A DNA stretch of 64,000 bases. Source: the human T2T-CHM13v2.0 reference genome, Homo sapiens. This document shows, in pieces, positions 43,332-59,100 of this stretch. Position 1 is the stretch's first letter, and the number at the start of each line of letters is the position of its first letter. Position numbers and translations under genes: made by a program. A model generated the notes under the pieces. It had not been told where the DNA came from. It was given only the letters and a program-made list of their open reading frames with translations, and made no database searches. The DNA lies in the NCBI RefSeq assembly GCF_009914755.1, contig NC_060936.1; one strand, written 5' to 3'.

Positions 43332-44160
43332 AGGAAGAACTTGTCGCTTTTCCTAAGCATTAGTTTGTTAATTTTCTGGGGTTCCTCCCTTTTGGGTGCC
43401 CGGTTATACTGGATGGGAAACAAACCACCAAGCTTTTCCAACTCGGACAACCCCGCTGCTGATTCGGACAGCCTCCTCACCCGCACTCTCACCTTCTTCT
43501 ACTTGCCAACCAAGAACCTCTGGCTGTTGCTATGTCCAGATACCCTCAGTTTTGATTGGTCAATGGATGCTGTGCCTCTGCTCAAAACAGTTTGTGACTG
43601 GAGAAACCTACACACTGTGGCCTTCTATACTGGACTCCTTCTCCTTGCCTACTATGGTTTGAAGAGCCCGAGCGTAGACAGAGAATGCAATGGGAAAACT
43701 GTAACAAATGGCAAGCAGAATGCAAATGGACATAGCTGCCTTTCAGATGTGGAGTACCAGAACTCAGAGACTAAGTCCAGCTTTGCATCCAAAGTAGAAA
43801 ATGGCATTAAAAACGATGTATCACAGAGAACCCAGCTTCCTTCTACGGAGAACATTGTTGTTCTGTCTTTATCTTTGTTAATCATACCCTTTGTTCCTGC
43901 CACGAACCTGTTTTTCTATGTCGGCTTTGTAATTGCAGAGCGAGTATTATATATTCCTAGTATGGGCTTCTGCCTACTGATTACAGTGGGTGCTAGAGCC
44001 CTTTATGTCAAAGTCCAAAAGCGGTTCCTCAAGAGCTTGATTTTTTATGCTACAGCTACACTAATTGTTTTTTATGGACTCAAGACTGCGATCAGGAATG
44101 GAGACTGGCAGAATGAGGAAATGCTTTATAGATCAGGGATAAAAGTAAACCCAGCTAAAG
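43332..44160 (+). CDS. TMTC2: TMTC2 coding exon 3 (DUF1736-containing region and last TM helices before the TPR repeats)
   Basis: Acceptor cttctctcttttggtttcAG at 43330-43331. Translation RKNLSLFLS...SDNPAA...LSFDWSMDAVPL...ATNLFFYVGFVIAERVLYIPSMGFC...YRSGIKVNPAK continues exon 2 in frame. Donor AAG|GTAATC at 44161. 829 bp, ends in phase 1. Confidence 0.97.
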
Positions 44161-45051
44161 GTAATCTTTTATTTTATGCTTTTGTCTGGATAGTTTACAC
44201 TTTCAGCCTCTTTATATCTTTGCTTCTTGTCTTAAAACACAGTATTAAGGAGGAAGAGGTCCTTTTATGCAGTACCTGTATCTTTCATTCTTTTTATTTT
44301 TTTAAAGAGATATGCCATATAACCAATTTAGAGACATATCCAATATTCCTTACTTGGAATAAGAAAATATTTTTCTGTGTTTCTGACTATGTTTGTCCAG
44401 AAGAATTAGAGCTCCTGTTGTGTAAACAATATTGACTATTCCAAGAATTTAGAAAAGAGCTTGGTTTTCACATTTTAAAATACTGATAGGTACAGCTCTT
44501 TTATCATATAATAAAAGTTAGGCTATCCCACTGAAGTATACTTCAGCTCTTCTATTTTCCAAGCATCGCCTGAGGAAATACAAGACTTTCATTGAAACCT
44601 TTAAAAGATTTGGAGATTTCACTGCCTCTGAATCCTGAAAGTATGTCTCTAGATGTCAGTGTGTACACATTCAGGTATGAGTCACCTTTGGCTGCGCAGA
44701 GGCTGAATTATCTGAGTGTTGCCAAGCAGTTAGCAAGTTTTTACTTGAGTTCTTAAGTCACTTAGAAAAACACACTTCTCACTACATAATGAGAGTTTTG
44801 ATTATACCATTCATGATTGCTTTAGATTTAGAAAATTACTTGAGCAAATCTCAGAATCGATAGAGTAGAAAGTAGTTTCCTTTAAAATAAAAAAGTCAAA
44901 AGCTATGACAATGGATGACTCTAGTTTAGGCAATTAAATGTATTGGAAGCTAGAGGACAATTACATAAAAATAGATGTAAATTTTTAGTGCAGAAATATA
45001 TCATAGTAAATAGTACTAAAGAGTCTTGTTCTTCATAAGCCATTTTTATTC

Positions 45052-45338
45052 TTTTTTGAGACCGGGTCTTGCTCTGTCGCCCAGGCCGGAGTGCAATGGC
45101 ATGATCTCGACTTACTGCAACCTCCACCTCCTGGGTTCAAGCGATTCTCCTCCTCCAGACTCCAGAGGCACTGAGATTACAGGCGCCCACCACCACACCT
45201 GGCTAATTTTTGTATTTTTAGTAGAGATGGGGTTTCACCACGTTAGCCAGGCCGGTCTCAACTCCTGACCTTAGGTGATCTGCCTGCCTTGGCCTCCTAA
45301 AGTGCTAGGATTACAGGTGTGAGCCACCACACCTGGCC
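45052..45338 (-). mobile_element. AluS
   Basis: Antisense dimer; TSD ATTTTTATTCTTT. Confidence 0.93.
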
Positions 45339-45964
45339 TATTTTTATTCTTTAAATTATGTTTGCTGATATAGCATTTGAACTGGCATTTTTCTACTCTT
45401 TCCAACACAATTCTATATCAGGATTAAAAGAAGGTGTAAAACTGTTCCAGAATATGAAAATGGCCTGCTAATAGGTGTATATATATATATATAAAGACCT
45501 AGATACTCCAAAAGCTACTTTGGCATGCTTGTCTGATGAGCACAAATTAAGTCAAGAATTCAGTGAGCAACTACACATTTCTTTAAGGAACTAATTGCTT
45601 GTACTTAACACTGTTTAATAAATTGCAGGGATTTTAATGGGAAGTTGAAGCATTAAAGTTGAGCTACTGCATAGCATGTAATTTCTCAATTCTCTGTGAA
45701 AAATCATTACCATGTGACTTTTCCTAGGTGGCGAGTACTTCACAGTTTATTGAATGCCTGGACCCAAATCTTGTAAAAATCATTACAATTAGTTTTTGCA
45801 GAATAATTATCAGCTAGTTTTTCTGCACTGGTAGATGTAAGGTTATAGAATAAGGCTATGTTGCCAATTTATTTTCCTGCTGTTTAAAACATATAGGGAA
45901 TTGAAAAAATTCTTGGCATATTATTTGCATCACAGTGTTGTTCTGAGGGTTTATTAAATTTATT

Positions 45965-46425
45965 AAGTTTCAGGCTAAGCTGCTGTTACAAAAAGCCAAG
46001 ACAAAAGTGGCTTAAGTAAGATAGAAGCTTTATTCTTTCATGTGACAATCTAAGTATGTGCAAACACAGAGCTGATAAGATGGCGCCATGGGTTCTCAGA
46101 ATCCAAGCTATTTCTCTTTTATTCCCTTGCCATCTCAGTGGTGTCACCCTGTCCTTATGGTCCAAGATGGCTCATTATCACATTAGCACTTCAGCTGACA
46201 GGAAGAGAGGGAGAAAGGGCAAATGGTGGGTGTACCCGATCTTAGAGCATATTGCAGAAATTGCACACACCATGCTTGTTCACAGACCACTGGGCACACC
46301 TACCTAAAAGGAAGGCTGGGAAATGTTATCTTCATTCTGGGAAGCCAAGTACCCAGCCAAATTTTATTACACTGCAAAAAGGAGAGGGCAAATACTCAGA
46401 TGCTAGGGTATAAGTAGCAGTCAGT
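45965..46425. mobile_element. MaLR LTR (MLT1K-like)
   Basis: AGTGGCTTAAGTAAGATAGAAG...TCCAAGATGGCT...GGAAGGCTGGGAAATGT motifs. Confidence 0.7.
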
Positions 46426-46639
46426 CAGAATAAGTGAAAACGTTTTGTAACGCTTAGGTATTTTCCAGCATTAGCTGGTATTTTTGCTGAAAGTTACGAT
46501 TCTAAATAAGATATTTTGGTACACAGTTAGAATGTTTGATCATTTCTTTATTTTTCCATTCACTAAGTAAAACAATTATTAAACATTTCCTTGGTTTCCA
46601 ACATTTTCAGGTGTCCATCCTAATACTTAGGAAGTGCTG

Positions 46640-47015
46640 CAGAATTTAGGCACTCCAAAATATTATTAGCTAAATAAATGTACAGCTGACCACTACCATG
46701 ATAAGTTCTTTCAGACATCAAACACTGAATTCCTGAAACACCCCACCCCACTCATGGCCCAGTCAACTGCCTTACTTGCAGGCTTTACCATCTCAGTTGA
46801 TGGAATCTCCATTTCCCCAGCAGCTCTGGCCGAGAATTCTGAAGTCATCCCTGCCTCCTCTTTTCCCTTCACAGTTGACCTCCTCTTTTCCCTTCATAGC
46901 TGACATCCATTCCATCAGCAGATCCTCTCTGCTCTGTTTGTAAAAATACATCCAGAGCTTGGCCACTTTTTACCACCATCACTGTTGGCATCATGGCCTG
47001 GGTGACCACCATCTT
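46640..47015 (+). mobile_element. L2 fragment (continues at ~50080-50210 and ~50480-50900 after nested insertions)
   Basis: Pyrimidine-rich L2 motifs CCATCTCAGTTGATGG, CATCCATTCCATCAGCA and AAAATACATCCAGA. Confidence 0.7.
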
Positions 47016-47020
47016 TTATC

Positions 47021-48815
47021 TGGAATATATATATAGGAATATATATATGTGTGGAATATATATATATAAGAATATATATATATGTGGAATATATATATAT
47101 AAGAATATATATATGTGGAATATATATATATAAGAATATATATATGTGGAATATATATATATAAGAATATATATATAAGAATATATATGTGGAATATATA
47201 TATATAAGAAAATATATATATGTGGAATATATATATAAGAATATATATATGTGGAATATATATATATAAGAATATATATGTGGAATATATATATAAGAAT
47301 ACATATATAGGAATATATATATATCCGGAATATAGATATAGGAATATATATACATATCCGGAATATAGATATGTAGGAATATATATACATATCCGGAATA
47401 TAGATATGTAGGAATGTATATACATATCCGGAATATAGATATGTAGGAATGTATATACATATCCGGAATATAGATATGTAGGAATGTATATACATATCCG
47501 GAATATAGATCTGTAGGAATGTATATACATATCCGGAATATAGATCTGTAGGAATGTATATACATATCCGGAATATAGATATGTAGGAATGTATATACAT
47601 ATCCGGAATATAGATCTGTAGGAATGTATATACATATCCGGAATATAGATCTGTAGGAATGTATATACATATCCGGAATATAGATCTGTAGGAATGTATA
47701 TACATATCCGGAATATAGATCTGTAGGAATGTATATACATATCCGGAATATAGATATGTAGGAATGTATATACATATCCGGAATATAGATATGTAGGAAT
47801 GTATATACATATCCGGAATATAGATATGTAGGAATGTATATACATATCCGGAATATAGATATGTAGGAATGTATATACATATCCGGAATATAGATATGTA
47901 GGAATGTATATACATATCCGGAATATAGATATGTAGGAATGTATATACATATCCGGAATATAGATATGTAGGAATGTATATACATATCCGGAATATAGAT
48001 ATGTAGGAATGTATATACATATCCGGAATATAGATATGTAGGAATGTATATACATATCCGGAATATAGATATGTAGGAATGTATATACATATCCGGAATA
48101 TAGATATGTAGGAATATATATAGGAATATATATAGAGAGGAATATATATAGGAATATATATCTCTGGAATATATATATAGGAATATATATCTCTGGAATA
48201 TATATATAGGAATATATATCTCTGGAATATATATATATAGGAATATATATCTCTGGAATATATATATAGGAATATATATAGAGAGGTATATATATAGGAA
48301 TATATATACCTGGAATATATATATATAGGAATATATATACCTGGAATATATATATATAGGAATATATATACCTGGAATATATATATATAGGAATATATAT
48401 ACCTGGAATATATATATAGGAATATATATATATCTGGAATATATATATAGGAATATATATATATCTGGAATATATATATAGGAATATATATATATCTGGA
48501 ATATATATATAGGAATATATATATATCTGGAATATATATATAGGAATATATATATATCTGGAATATATATATAGGAATATATATATATCTGGAATATATA
48601 TATAGGAATATATATATATCTGGAATATATATATAGGAATATATATATATCTGGAATATATATATAGGAATATATATATATCTGGAATATATATATAGGA
48701 ATATATATATATCTGGAATATATATATAGGAATATATATACCTGGAATATATATATAGGAATATATATATATCTGGAATATATATATAGAGAGAGTAATA
48801 TATATATATATATAT
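47021..48815. repeat. Compound AT-rich VNTR with central 35-bp minisatellite (~22 copies)
   Basis: Unit GGAATATAGATATGTAGGAATGTATATACATATCC with exact period 35 from 47358 to ~48110; flanked by ~27-31 bp GGAAT(AT)n-based units. Confidence 0.97.
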
Positions 48816-49095
48816 TTTTTTTTCTTTTTTTTTTTTGAGACAGATTCTCGCTCTGTTGCCCAGGCTGGCATGCAGTGGTGCGATCTTGGCTCACCACGAC
48901 CTCCGACTTCTGGGTTCAAGCAATTCACCGGCCACAGCCTCCCAAGTAGCTAGGACTACAGGCATGCACCACCAAGCCCAGCTAATTTTTGTATTTTTAG
49001 TAGAGACGGGTTTCACTATCTTGGCCAGGTTGGTCTCAAACTCCTGACCTCGTGATCCACCCGCCTCGGCCTCCCAAAGTGCTGGGATTACAGGC
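48816..49095 (-). mobile_element. AluS, 5' truncated by ~20 nt
   Basis: Poly-T plus antisense Alu ending at TACAGGC. Confidence 0.93.
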
Positions 49096-49129
49096 CTTAT
49101 CTGTAATATTAGTAAAAGACTCTCACCTC

Positions 49130-50075
49130 ACCTCCCAGCTTGTATTTCTTGCCTTTTAGCATGTCTTGTACTTTTTTCTTTCGACTCAGACATGATGTAT
49201 TGGGTAATAAGAAATGAGGTGAACAGGCTTTATTGTGAGATTTTATGTAAATCTGGTTAGGAGTTGGACTGTATTTTGCTATAGCCGTGGGTGCCAGAGA
49301 TGCCACATTCCTCTGGTGGCCTTGTTTTTGGTCTTCCCAGTTGTCTGTGGGCTTTCCCACAGACTCAGTTTGCTTTGCATCTATTTCAGCTGTAATCAAC
49401 TATTATTATACTGCAGCTCTGTTGGTATGGGGGAGGAAAAATGTTCTATTATTTTATGACTAAATCTTCGCCTCTCTGGGCTACTACCTTCACCAAGTGT
49501 TTCTTCTCTTTCCTTATGTCCCACTCCAGTTAAGACAGAAAGGCTAGAGGGGGCTGAGTTGAGAGGAATGGTTTTCCCCCACGGCTCTGGGACAAGGCTG
49601 AGATCTTTCCCTTACGGAGTTAGTGGTCTTTTGTCATGACAGATGCTCTGGGTATATTTCATAAGGTTTATTCCTCTCCTACTGCCAGAGCCAGGAGAAC
49701 ATCTTTCTTGGCTCTTCCCGATGACACTCTGTTGGGGTCCCGGGAAGGAAAACCCCCAAAAGTTTGGGAGTCCCCTAAGACTGCCACCCTCAGGAGTTTC
49801 TGATTCTAAAACTAGTTTATGCTTAGCCTCCAGCAGCTTGTCAAAATGAGTAGTCAATTGTTTCTAACAGTTTCTGTCTCCAGCAGCTTCTGCTCCAGGT
49901 AAGCTCTCCTGTGCTGTGTCTCTGGATTTGTCTTTCTCTAGATTTCAGGGTGGTGGTTGGCCCTGTGACCCCAGTTCACTGATGGTTCCAAGACAAGTTA
50001 TTGATTTTCAGTCTGTTTAGCTTTTTCTTTTTGTAATGATGTGAGTGACAACTTCACATTCTTTAATGTCTCAGC
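49130..50075 (-). mobile_element. Old L1M fragment
   Basis: GAGATTTTATGTAAATCTGGTTAGGAGTTGG and TTGATTTTCAGTCTGTTTAGCTTTTTCTT motifs recalled from L1M 5' regions. Confidence 0.55.
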
Positions 50076-50219
50076 TGAACTCCTGCTTCTATTCACCTTC
50101 AAAGTCTATGCTTAACCAGCAGCCATGGTGACCTTTTGGAAACACAAGTCAGGGCATGGTGTTCCACTGTCCCCAATTATTCTCTGGCTGCCAGTTTCTC
50201 TCTAATTGAAGGCACATAA

Positions 50220-50410
50220 CAGTGGCGGGGAGGGAGGGAGAGAGTCAAGGGTTCAAAAACTATTTATTGAGTACTATGCTCGCTTCTTGGGTGATAGGTT
50301 CAGTTGTGCTCCAGGACTCAGCCTCATGTAATATGCCTTTGTAACAAACCTGCACATATAGCCTTGGAATCTAAAATAAAAGCTGAAAAAATAAAAATAA
50401 ATAAAATTAG
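50220..50410 (+). mobile_element. L1PB-like 3' end
   Basis: TATTGAGTACTATGCT...GTAACAAACCTGCACAT...AATCTAAAATAAAA plus A-rich tail. Confidence 0.85.
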
Positions 50411-50860
50411 AACAGTTCTGTACTTTAAAAACTCTAGCTAGCTAGATAGATTATAGATATGATAGATATAGATGCACACAGTCTCAGGACCCTGTGTATA
50501 CTCACCAGCCTTTCCTTCCCTTACTCCACACCAGCCCTGCTGGCCTCTTTGATGTGCCTTTTATATGCTAGGTAAGCTCCTGCCGCAGAGCTTTTACCTT
50601 CGTCATTGCTTCTTCCTGCAATGTGTTCTCCTGGTTATTCTCACTGGGGTCTCCCTTACCTCCTTTAAGTCTCTGACCAATTGTTGCATTATCAGTAAGG
50701 TGCTTTATGTAAAATTGACTGCCCTGCTATAAATTACAGCCACCCCTCCACCTCTGTCTTACTGAGCATTCCCTATCCTCTTTCCATGCTTCATTTTTAT
50801 CTTAGCACTTATCACTATTTGACATACTATATTTTCTATAATTATGTGTTCATTGTATGA

Positions 50861-51226
<366 letters not shown>

Positions 51227-53157
51227 GATATTTTTACATTTTAAAAAATGGCATAGATGCTGCAACGAGGACTGTGCCTGGTAAAGCAAAGGCATTCAGT
51301 AATGGATATGTTCAGTATTATTACAGTCATAGTCCTTCTCTTTAAGGAGTTCATGATCTGTTTACAGATATAATGTACATGCATGAAATAAGGCAAAAGT
51401 GTGAAATATTATGCCTTTGATATGCCAGGTAGTGAGGGATGCTTTATCATGAGAGGGTTAGAATCGGGAGTAGAGTTAGTTTCGGATTGTGTGACTGCAT
51501 CTGTGTGTGACATATGCTTCCATTTTGATACAAGGCAAAACTCTTCCAATCCAGGTTTCTTATATTTTTTTCTGTTTATAAGATGTTAATAATAATTCTG
51601 GCTGTAGTTACTTCCTTAGCAATTATGAGACTGTCAGTAATCTTCCTTAAGGCAGATTTTCTTAGTCTAATACATTATTTGAACCTAAGTAAAACATTAG
51701 AAACCCTATAAAGCCAGTCTTATGTATGTATGGTTTTCTGAGATTACAGATGGAGTTAGGATTTTTTTTCTTCCTTTGAAAGCCTTTGCAAATTCTGGAA
51801 TACTTCAGTCTACCATGTGCTTTAATGGAATATGATTTTAAGCCTCATGAAACAGTATGCATTAAAACTGCTGCCTTCAGTAATGGGTCCTGTAGACAGC
51901 TGCCAGTCATTAACTGATTGGATGCAAATGACGATGAGTAAACCCTGTCATAGTGACTGTGCTGCTAATTTATGGTTTAAATCTGGATAGTGGAGAAATG
52001 ATAGCTGATTTGGACTATGTAAACCACAAGTCCTGTCTCATTATGTGGTTTATAATATCAGGAAAATACTAGACATAGTTGATTACTGTAGTTTGCTGAT
52101 TTCACAATGACTCTTTGCATTTCTGTGCTTAGGAAAAAGCAAATTTTCTCTGATGACGCCTTAATGAGCAAGCCACATTATATCTGAAAGTGTTTCCCCC
52201 GTTCGCCTTTAAAGCAACTCATTTTTAAAGCCATATTGATTCGTATTTGCTTAAAGAAAGAATTTCTTGATTCATTACAAAGCAGTTAAATGTGTGATCA
52301 CCCTTTTTGCTGTGGCCTCCTCTAAATCCCCATGTGGCTCTAGTCTCTGTAGAATTTGGCACCATTGATCTCTGTTACCATAGCTTTTAAGCCACTGCTT
52401 GGTTTTGACTATCTTTCTCCAATTTCCGACAGCTTTCTCTCTTCTATGATTTTTGCTTCCTCCCTAAACTAATCCATTCTTCAAGTTTTTTGTTTCTTTT
52501 TTTTTTTTTTTTCCTAAAACCTGCCTTTATTTTCCCTTCCCTACAGTATCTAGAACATTTCTTGGTATATAGTAGGGGTCAATAAATATACAATTGAATT
52601 TCTAAGTTATGTTCTTTGTGACCGCCTATCTATGAGGAACTTTTCCACCTGGGTGATCTGCCGGGATCTCAAACTGGTCACCTCTCTTCCCTGAAATCAA
52701 CTTCTTGCAAACTTCCTTATTAATTAACATCATAATCCCAGGCCAACAAAGTTATAGATAAGCAGATCAGTGAGCACATAAACATAAAATAATTGTAGTA
52801 TATATGGCAGCACATCTGGCTTGCTAAAGGCATTTTAAAATTAGGTTATAGATTCAAAATCAAATAGGTTCTGAGAATGGTTTGTTAACTCTATGTCAAT
52901 TTGATTTAAAAAAATATGACTATGGTGGTTAATTGTTTGAAAGCAATTTCTTAAATAGTTAAGAACAATTAAGAGTGAATCTGAGGAAAACTTAAGTGCT
53001 AAAGGTTGTTTTTAATGCCCATTTTTAATGTAAATATGTGAAATGATAAATACAAAAGATATATGTAAAATTTCATACATATTTGGAACTTTCAAGGTGA
53101 TTATCCTAGCAGTCTGCATTCACTCCCCCAGTGCAAATGACAAACATTACCTTTTTA

Positions 53158-53490
<333 letters not shown>

Positions 53491-53896
53491 AGAGTCAAAA
53501 TTGTTTCAATTTTGCAGCGTCTGACAATTTTTTTCCTTCATAGATTCCTGCAAAATTGGTGGTTCTATTTCAATTTAACATGGCATCAAATTTTAAGAAA
53601 CAAGTATGTTGTAGGAATATCATTTAGGAAATAACTCACAATTTAAGTGAAACTCAAGCCTCTAAGCCATGTAAAAATTGACTATTTCCTTGTGGATTTT
53701 ATAGTCTAAGCTTTTGTTTACCTCGAATTGAGTGTCTTTAACTATGATGAGTTGTAATTAACCAGCTAGCTTTGAAATGGTGTAACAAATTCTATTATTA
53801 TATTTCACCAATAATTTGTCATGATATGTCCAAGGGAAGATAAAAATTTTTCAACAGAAGTTCAGATTTTTATAAAACATGAAATTTACCATTTAA

Positions 53897-54241
<345 letters not shown>

Positions 54242-54695
54242 TTACTAGTTAAATCAAGGAGGAAAACCACTATAGTATTTTGTTGAAACTGACTGGCCTG
54301 AGTTGTGCTGTAAAACACAGCTTTTCATTTTTACCAGAGAGCCTTGGTAAGAGAAACTAGCTAAAAGCATCCCACCAATAAAGGCTGATTGAGAGACAAA
54401 TAGCAGGAAGTTAAATCTGGTTTCCATAAGGAAATTATGTGTTTTGTCTTCTCAGTCCATATCTTCTCTATTGAGTAGAAAAAAATAGATAAACAACAGG
54501 GCTGGCAAGAATAAAAGGAAGGTATCTCATTGGCTGAACTAGACTGAAATATTTTTTAAAAGCAGATTTACATTTACTAAATTGTTAAATTAAGGCCCAT
54601 TTTAAATATTTGATTCTTGAAGAAATCAAGTATGGTTGTTTTCCATTTGGGATGGGGGAGTTGCAGAAGTTCAGACGCCTTTAAGAATGAATTGG

Positions 54696-55000
54696 GGCCG
54701 GGCGTGGTGGCTCATGCCTATAATACCAGCACTTTGGGAGGCCAAGTCGGGTGAATCATGAGGTCAGGAGTTCGAGACCAGCCTGGCTAGCATGGTGAAA
54801 CCCTGTATCTACTAAAAATACAAAAAATTAGCTGGGCGTGGTGGTGCGCGCCTATAGTCCCAACTACTCAGGAGGCTCAGGCAGGATAATTGCCTGAGCC
54901 GGGCAGGTGGAGGTTGCAGTTAGTTGAGATTGTGCCACTGCACTCCAGCCTGGGTGACAGAGTGAGACTCCTTCTCAACTCCATCTCAAAAAAAAAAAAA
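54696..55000 (+). mobile_element. AluSg-like
   Basis: Sense dimer; TSD AAGAATGAATTG. Confidence 0.94.
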
Positions 55001-55345
55001 GAATGAATTGACACAGAAATGTTTTCCTGTTGTCTGACTCTAATGATTTCAAGTACAGTTTTGTGGGGCAGGAAAAAAAATCCAGACCACAACAGACTCA
55101 GTGCAAGTGGTCCTGTGATGTATTATAGATGAAGTGGGTGCCATATTGCTGACTCTTAAAATTACCCACAACAAAACTTTTAGAATCTTTATGGGCTTTT
55201 GAAACCTTCAAACCTTAAAATTAGAGTTACTTTAGATTATATTTATCACGGTTTATATGCTAAAATACTTGAGACTAGCATATGATTAAGCATGAAGGTA
55301 AATTTTTCTGATTTCCATATTTTTGTGTTTCTTAAAAATGTCCTA

Positions 55346-55641
55346 GGCCAGGCGCGGTGGCTCATGCCTGTAATCCCAGCACTCTAGGAGGCCGAGGTGG
55401 GCAGATCATGAGGTCAGGAGTTCGAGACCAGCCTGGCCAATATGGTGAAATCCCATCTGTACTAAAAATACAAAAATTAGCTGGGCATGGTGGCAGGCAC
55501 CTGTAGTCCCAGCTACTCAGGAGCCTGAGGCAGAAGAATTGCTTGCACCCAGGGGGCGGAGGTTGCAGTGAGCCGAGACTGTACCGAGGGCAACAGAGCG
55601 AGATTCCCTCTCAAAACAAAACAAAACAGAACAAAAACAAA
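55346..55641 (+). mobile_element. AluSg-like with small right-arm deletion
   Basis: Sense dimer with (CAAAA)n tail. Confidence 0.93.
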
Positions 55642-56759
55642 AGCCCTAACATTTCTTTACTTTTATTAAATATATATGAAATATATCATTCATAGTCATA
55701 TAAGTATGCATATACATCATATTTGTATAGTTTAAGGAATACTACTGAAATATCTATTCTGTAGCTTATTAAAGGAATATTACCAGTGTCTTTGAGGACC
55801 TTTCCCTATACTTCTCCTTATTTCTTGTTTAAAAAATGGTTTTTGATTTTTTCACCATTGATTTTATGTACTTACAGTTTTTTCTGTAGGTAACTTTTAT
55901 CAGTTTTCCTCATTTCTAGTTTAAGAACTATTTTATGAATTAATATTGATGATGATAGGTTTTCCTCACTTAGTCTCTTTCATGAATTATATTAATAGAT
56001 TTTCTAATGTTGAACCTGTTTTGCATTCCTAGATTAAGCCCAGGAATTGATTATAATGTATTATCATTCCCATTTTCTTCTACATTTGTTTTTCATCTGT
56101 ATTTCTGAGTGATTGTCAGTTTCTCTCTTGTGGTGTCATATTCTGGTTTTAAAATCAATGATCTTAACCTTATAGAATCAGGTTAGGAGCATTACTTCTT
56201 TTTCATTCCCTCAAAGATTTTATGTAAAATTAGAATTATTTTTTTCTTCTATATTAGGTAGAATTTACCTGCAAAACTAGCTAGGCATAATGTTTTGGTT
56301 ATAGATGACTCTTTTTTTTTCCTGTTGATTTAATTTCTTTCATAGTTTTGGAAAGAGCCAAATTTGCTTTTGGGTCAGTTTTAGTAACTTTTTTCTCTGT
56401 GTTTTGTTCAATTGGTACAATGTTACACATAATATTCTTGTAATATCTTTCTAAAAATCTCTGCTACAATTGTAGTTTTAAAAGTGTTTTTGCTTGGATA
56501 CTCTTCAGGCAACAGATGTAGTATTGCCCCAAACTTTGTGAAGGTGGACCTACGCATAAGAATTCCCAAGGAATATTTTTGCCTATTTTCTGTTTGTCCA
56601 AATAGGCCAAACAGTCACCCATCTTTTCATTCTCTAAGTTTTTTAAATTTTTTTGTTGCTAGTTAAGTGATGAAGTCTGTTTCCTTTCAGGCAGATCACA
56701 GTTTATGTGGCTTCTGCAGTGTGACCTCCTGCATGAAGTTCATTAAAGCCTAAACCTAG

Positions 56760-57148
<389 letters not shown>

Positions 57149-57788
57149 TCATGAAGTTTTTAGACTTCAGGTTTGCCCTTACTTTCCAACCAATTAATAC
57201 ATTCATTTGCAAATATTTTTATTTTTAATGTAGCATTTTTATTGGTTCTGTACAAGGTGTGATTCTCTGAACATAGAGTTTCACTATACTGTCAGAAAAT
57301 GAGACCTATGAAATATCTTCAAATCTGACACCTATTAAGGAATGATTAGCTATGTTAGAAGTTCTATTTGAGAATAGAGTTAAGATCAGAGCTACTATTT
57401 TTGAAATATTTAATTCTCTTTCAGCAAAAGAAAACTTAAAAGAAGCTAAAAATATGTGTAAAAACACTATCAAATTACAGGTATTTGAACCCTCTAAAGC
57501 AGGGTAAAATATGTTCCTTCCTTTCTGTAATATAAATACAATTGCTGATATTGTTAAAGAGCAGATTTTCGAGAGGACAAACACCTGTCTTAGTTTTAGC
57601 CTTATCACGCACTGGTGCCTATTTCTGGTGATCATGGATTTTGAAGAGAATTCCAGATAAGTCTCAAGAAGTTATGGAAAAAATTGAGATATTCAAGTCA
57701 TATAATTATTGTAAAAGGATTTGATGTAGAGGAAGTGTGAGCCGTATTTTAATTTTTATGTATGTGGGCATTAAATTAGAAATCTTAC

Positions 57789-58926
<1,138 letters not shown>

Positions 58927-59100
58927 TCACTTGACCATGGCTTCTCAGTGTAAATTTCTTTGCAGTTTTAACATTATCATCCAAGGGGATCTAGGAGGGA
59001 CATAAATATCATGTGCTTGCTCAAAATGAAATAATGATCAAACATATTAGACGTTCTTTTTTAAAGAATGATAATATTGTTTTCTAAGTATAAGCCGTAT

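Noticed and set aside
47325-48110. CRISPR-like regular 35-bp repeat
   Set aside because: Head-to-tail tandem repeats with no unique spacers and no cas genes; eukaryotic minisatellite
46915-48928. Three long minus-strand ORFs (660, 645 and 334 aa) rich in I/Y
   Set aside because: Artefact of the VNTR. The repeat lacks stop triplets on that strand, and a 35-nt period cycles the same peptide through all frames. Two of the starts lie in an Alu, and there is no gene context.
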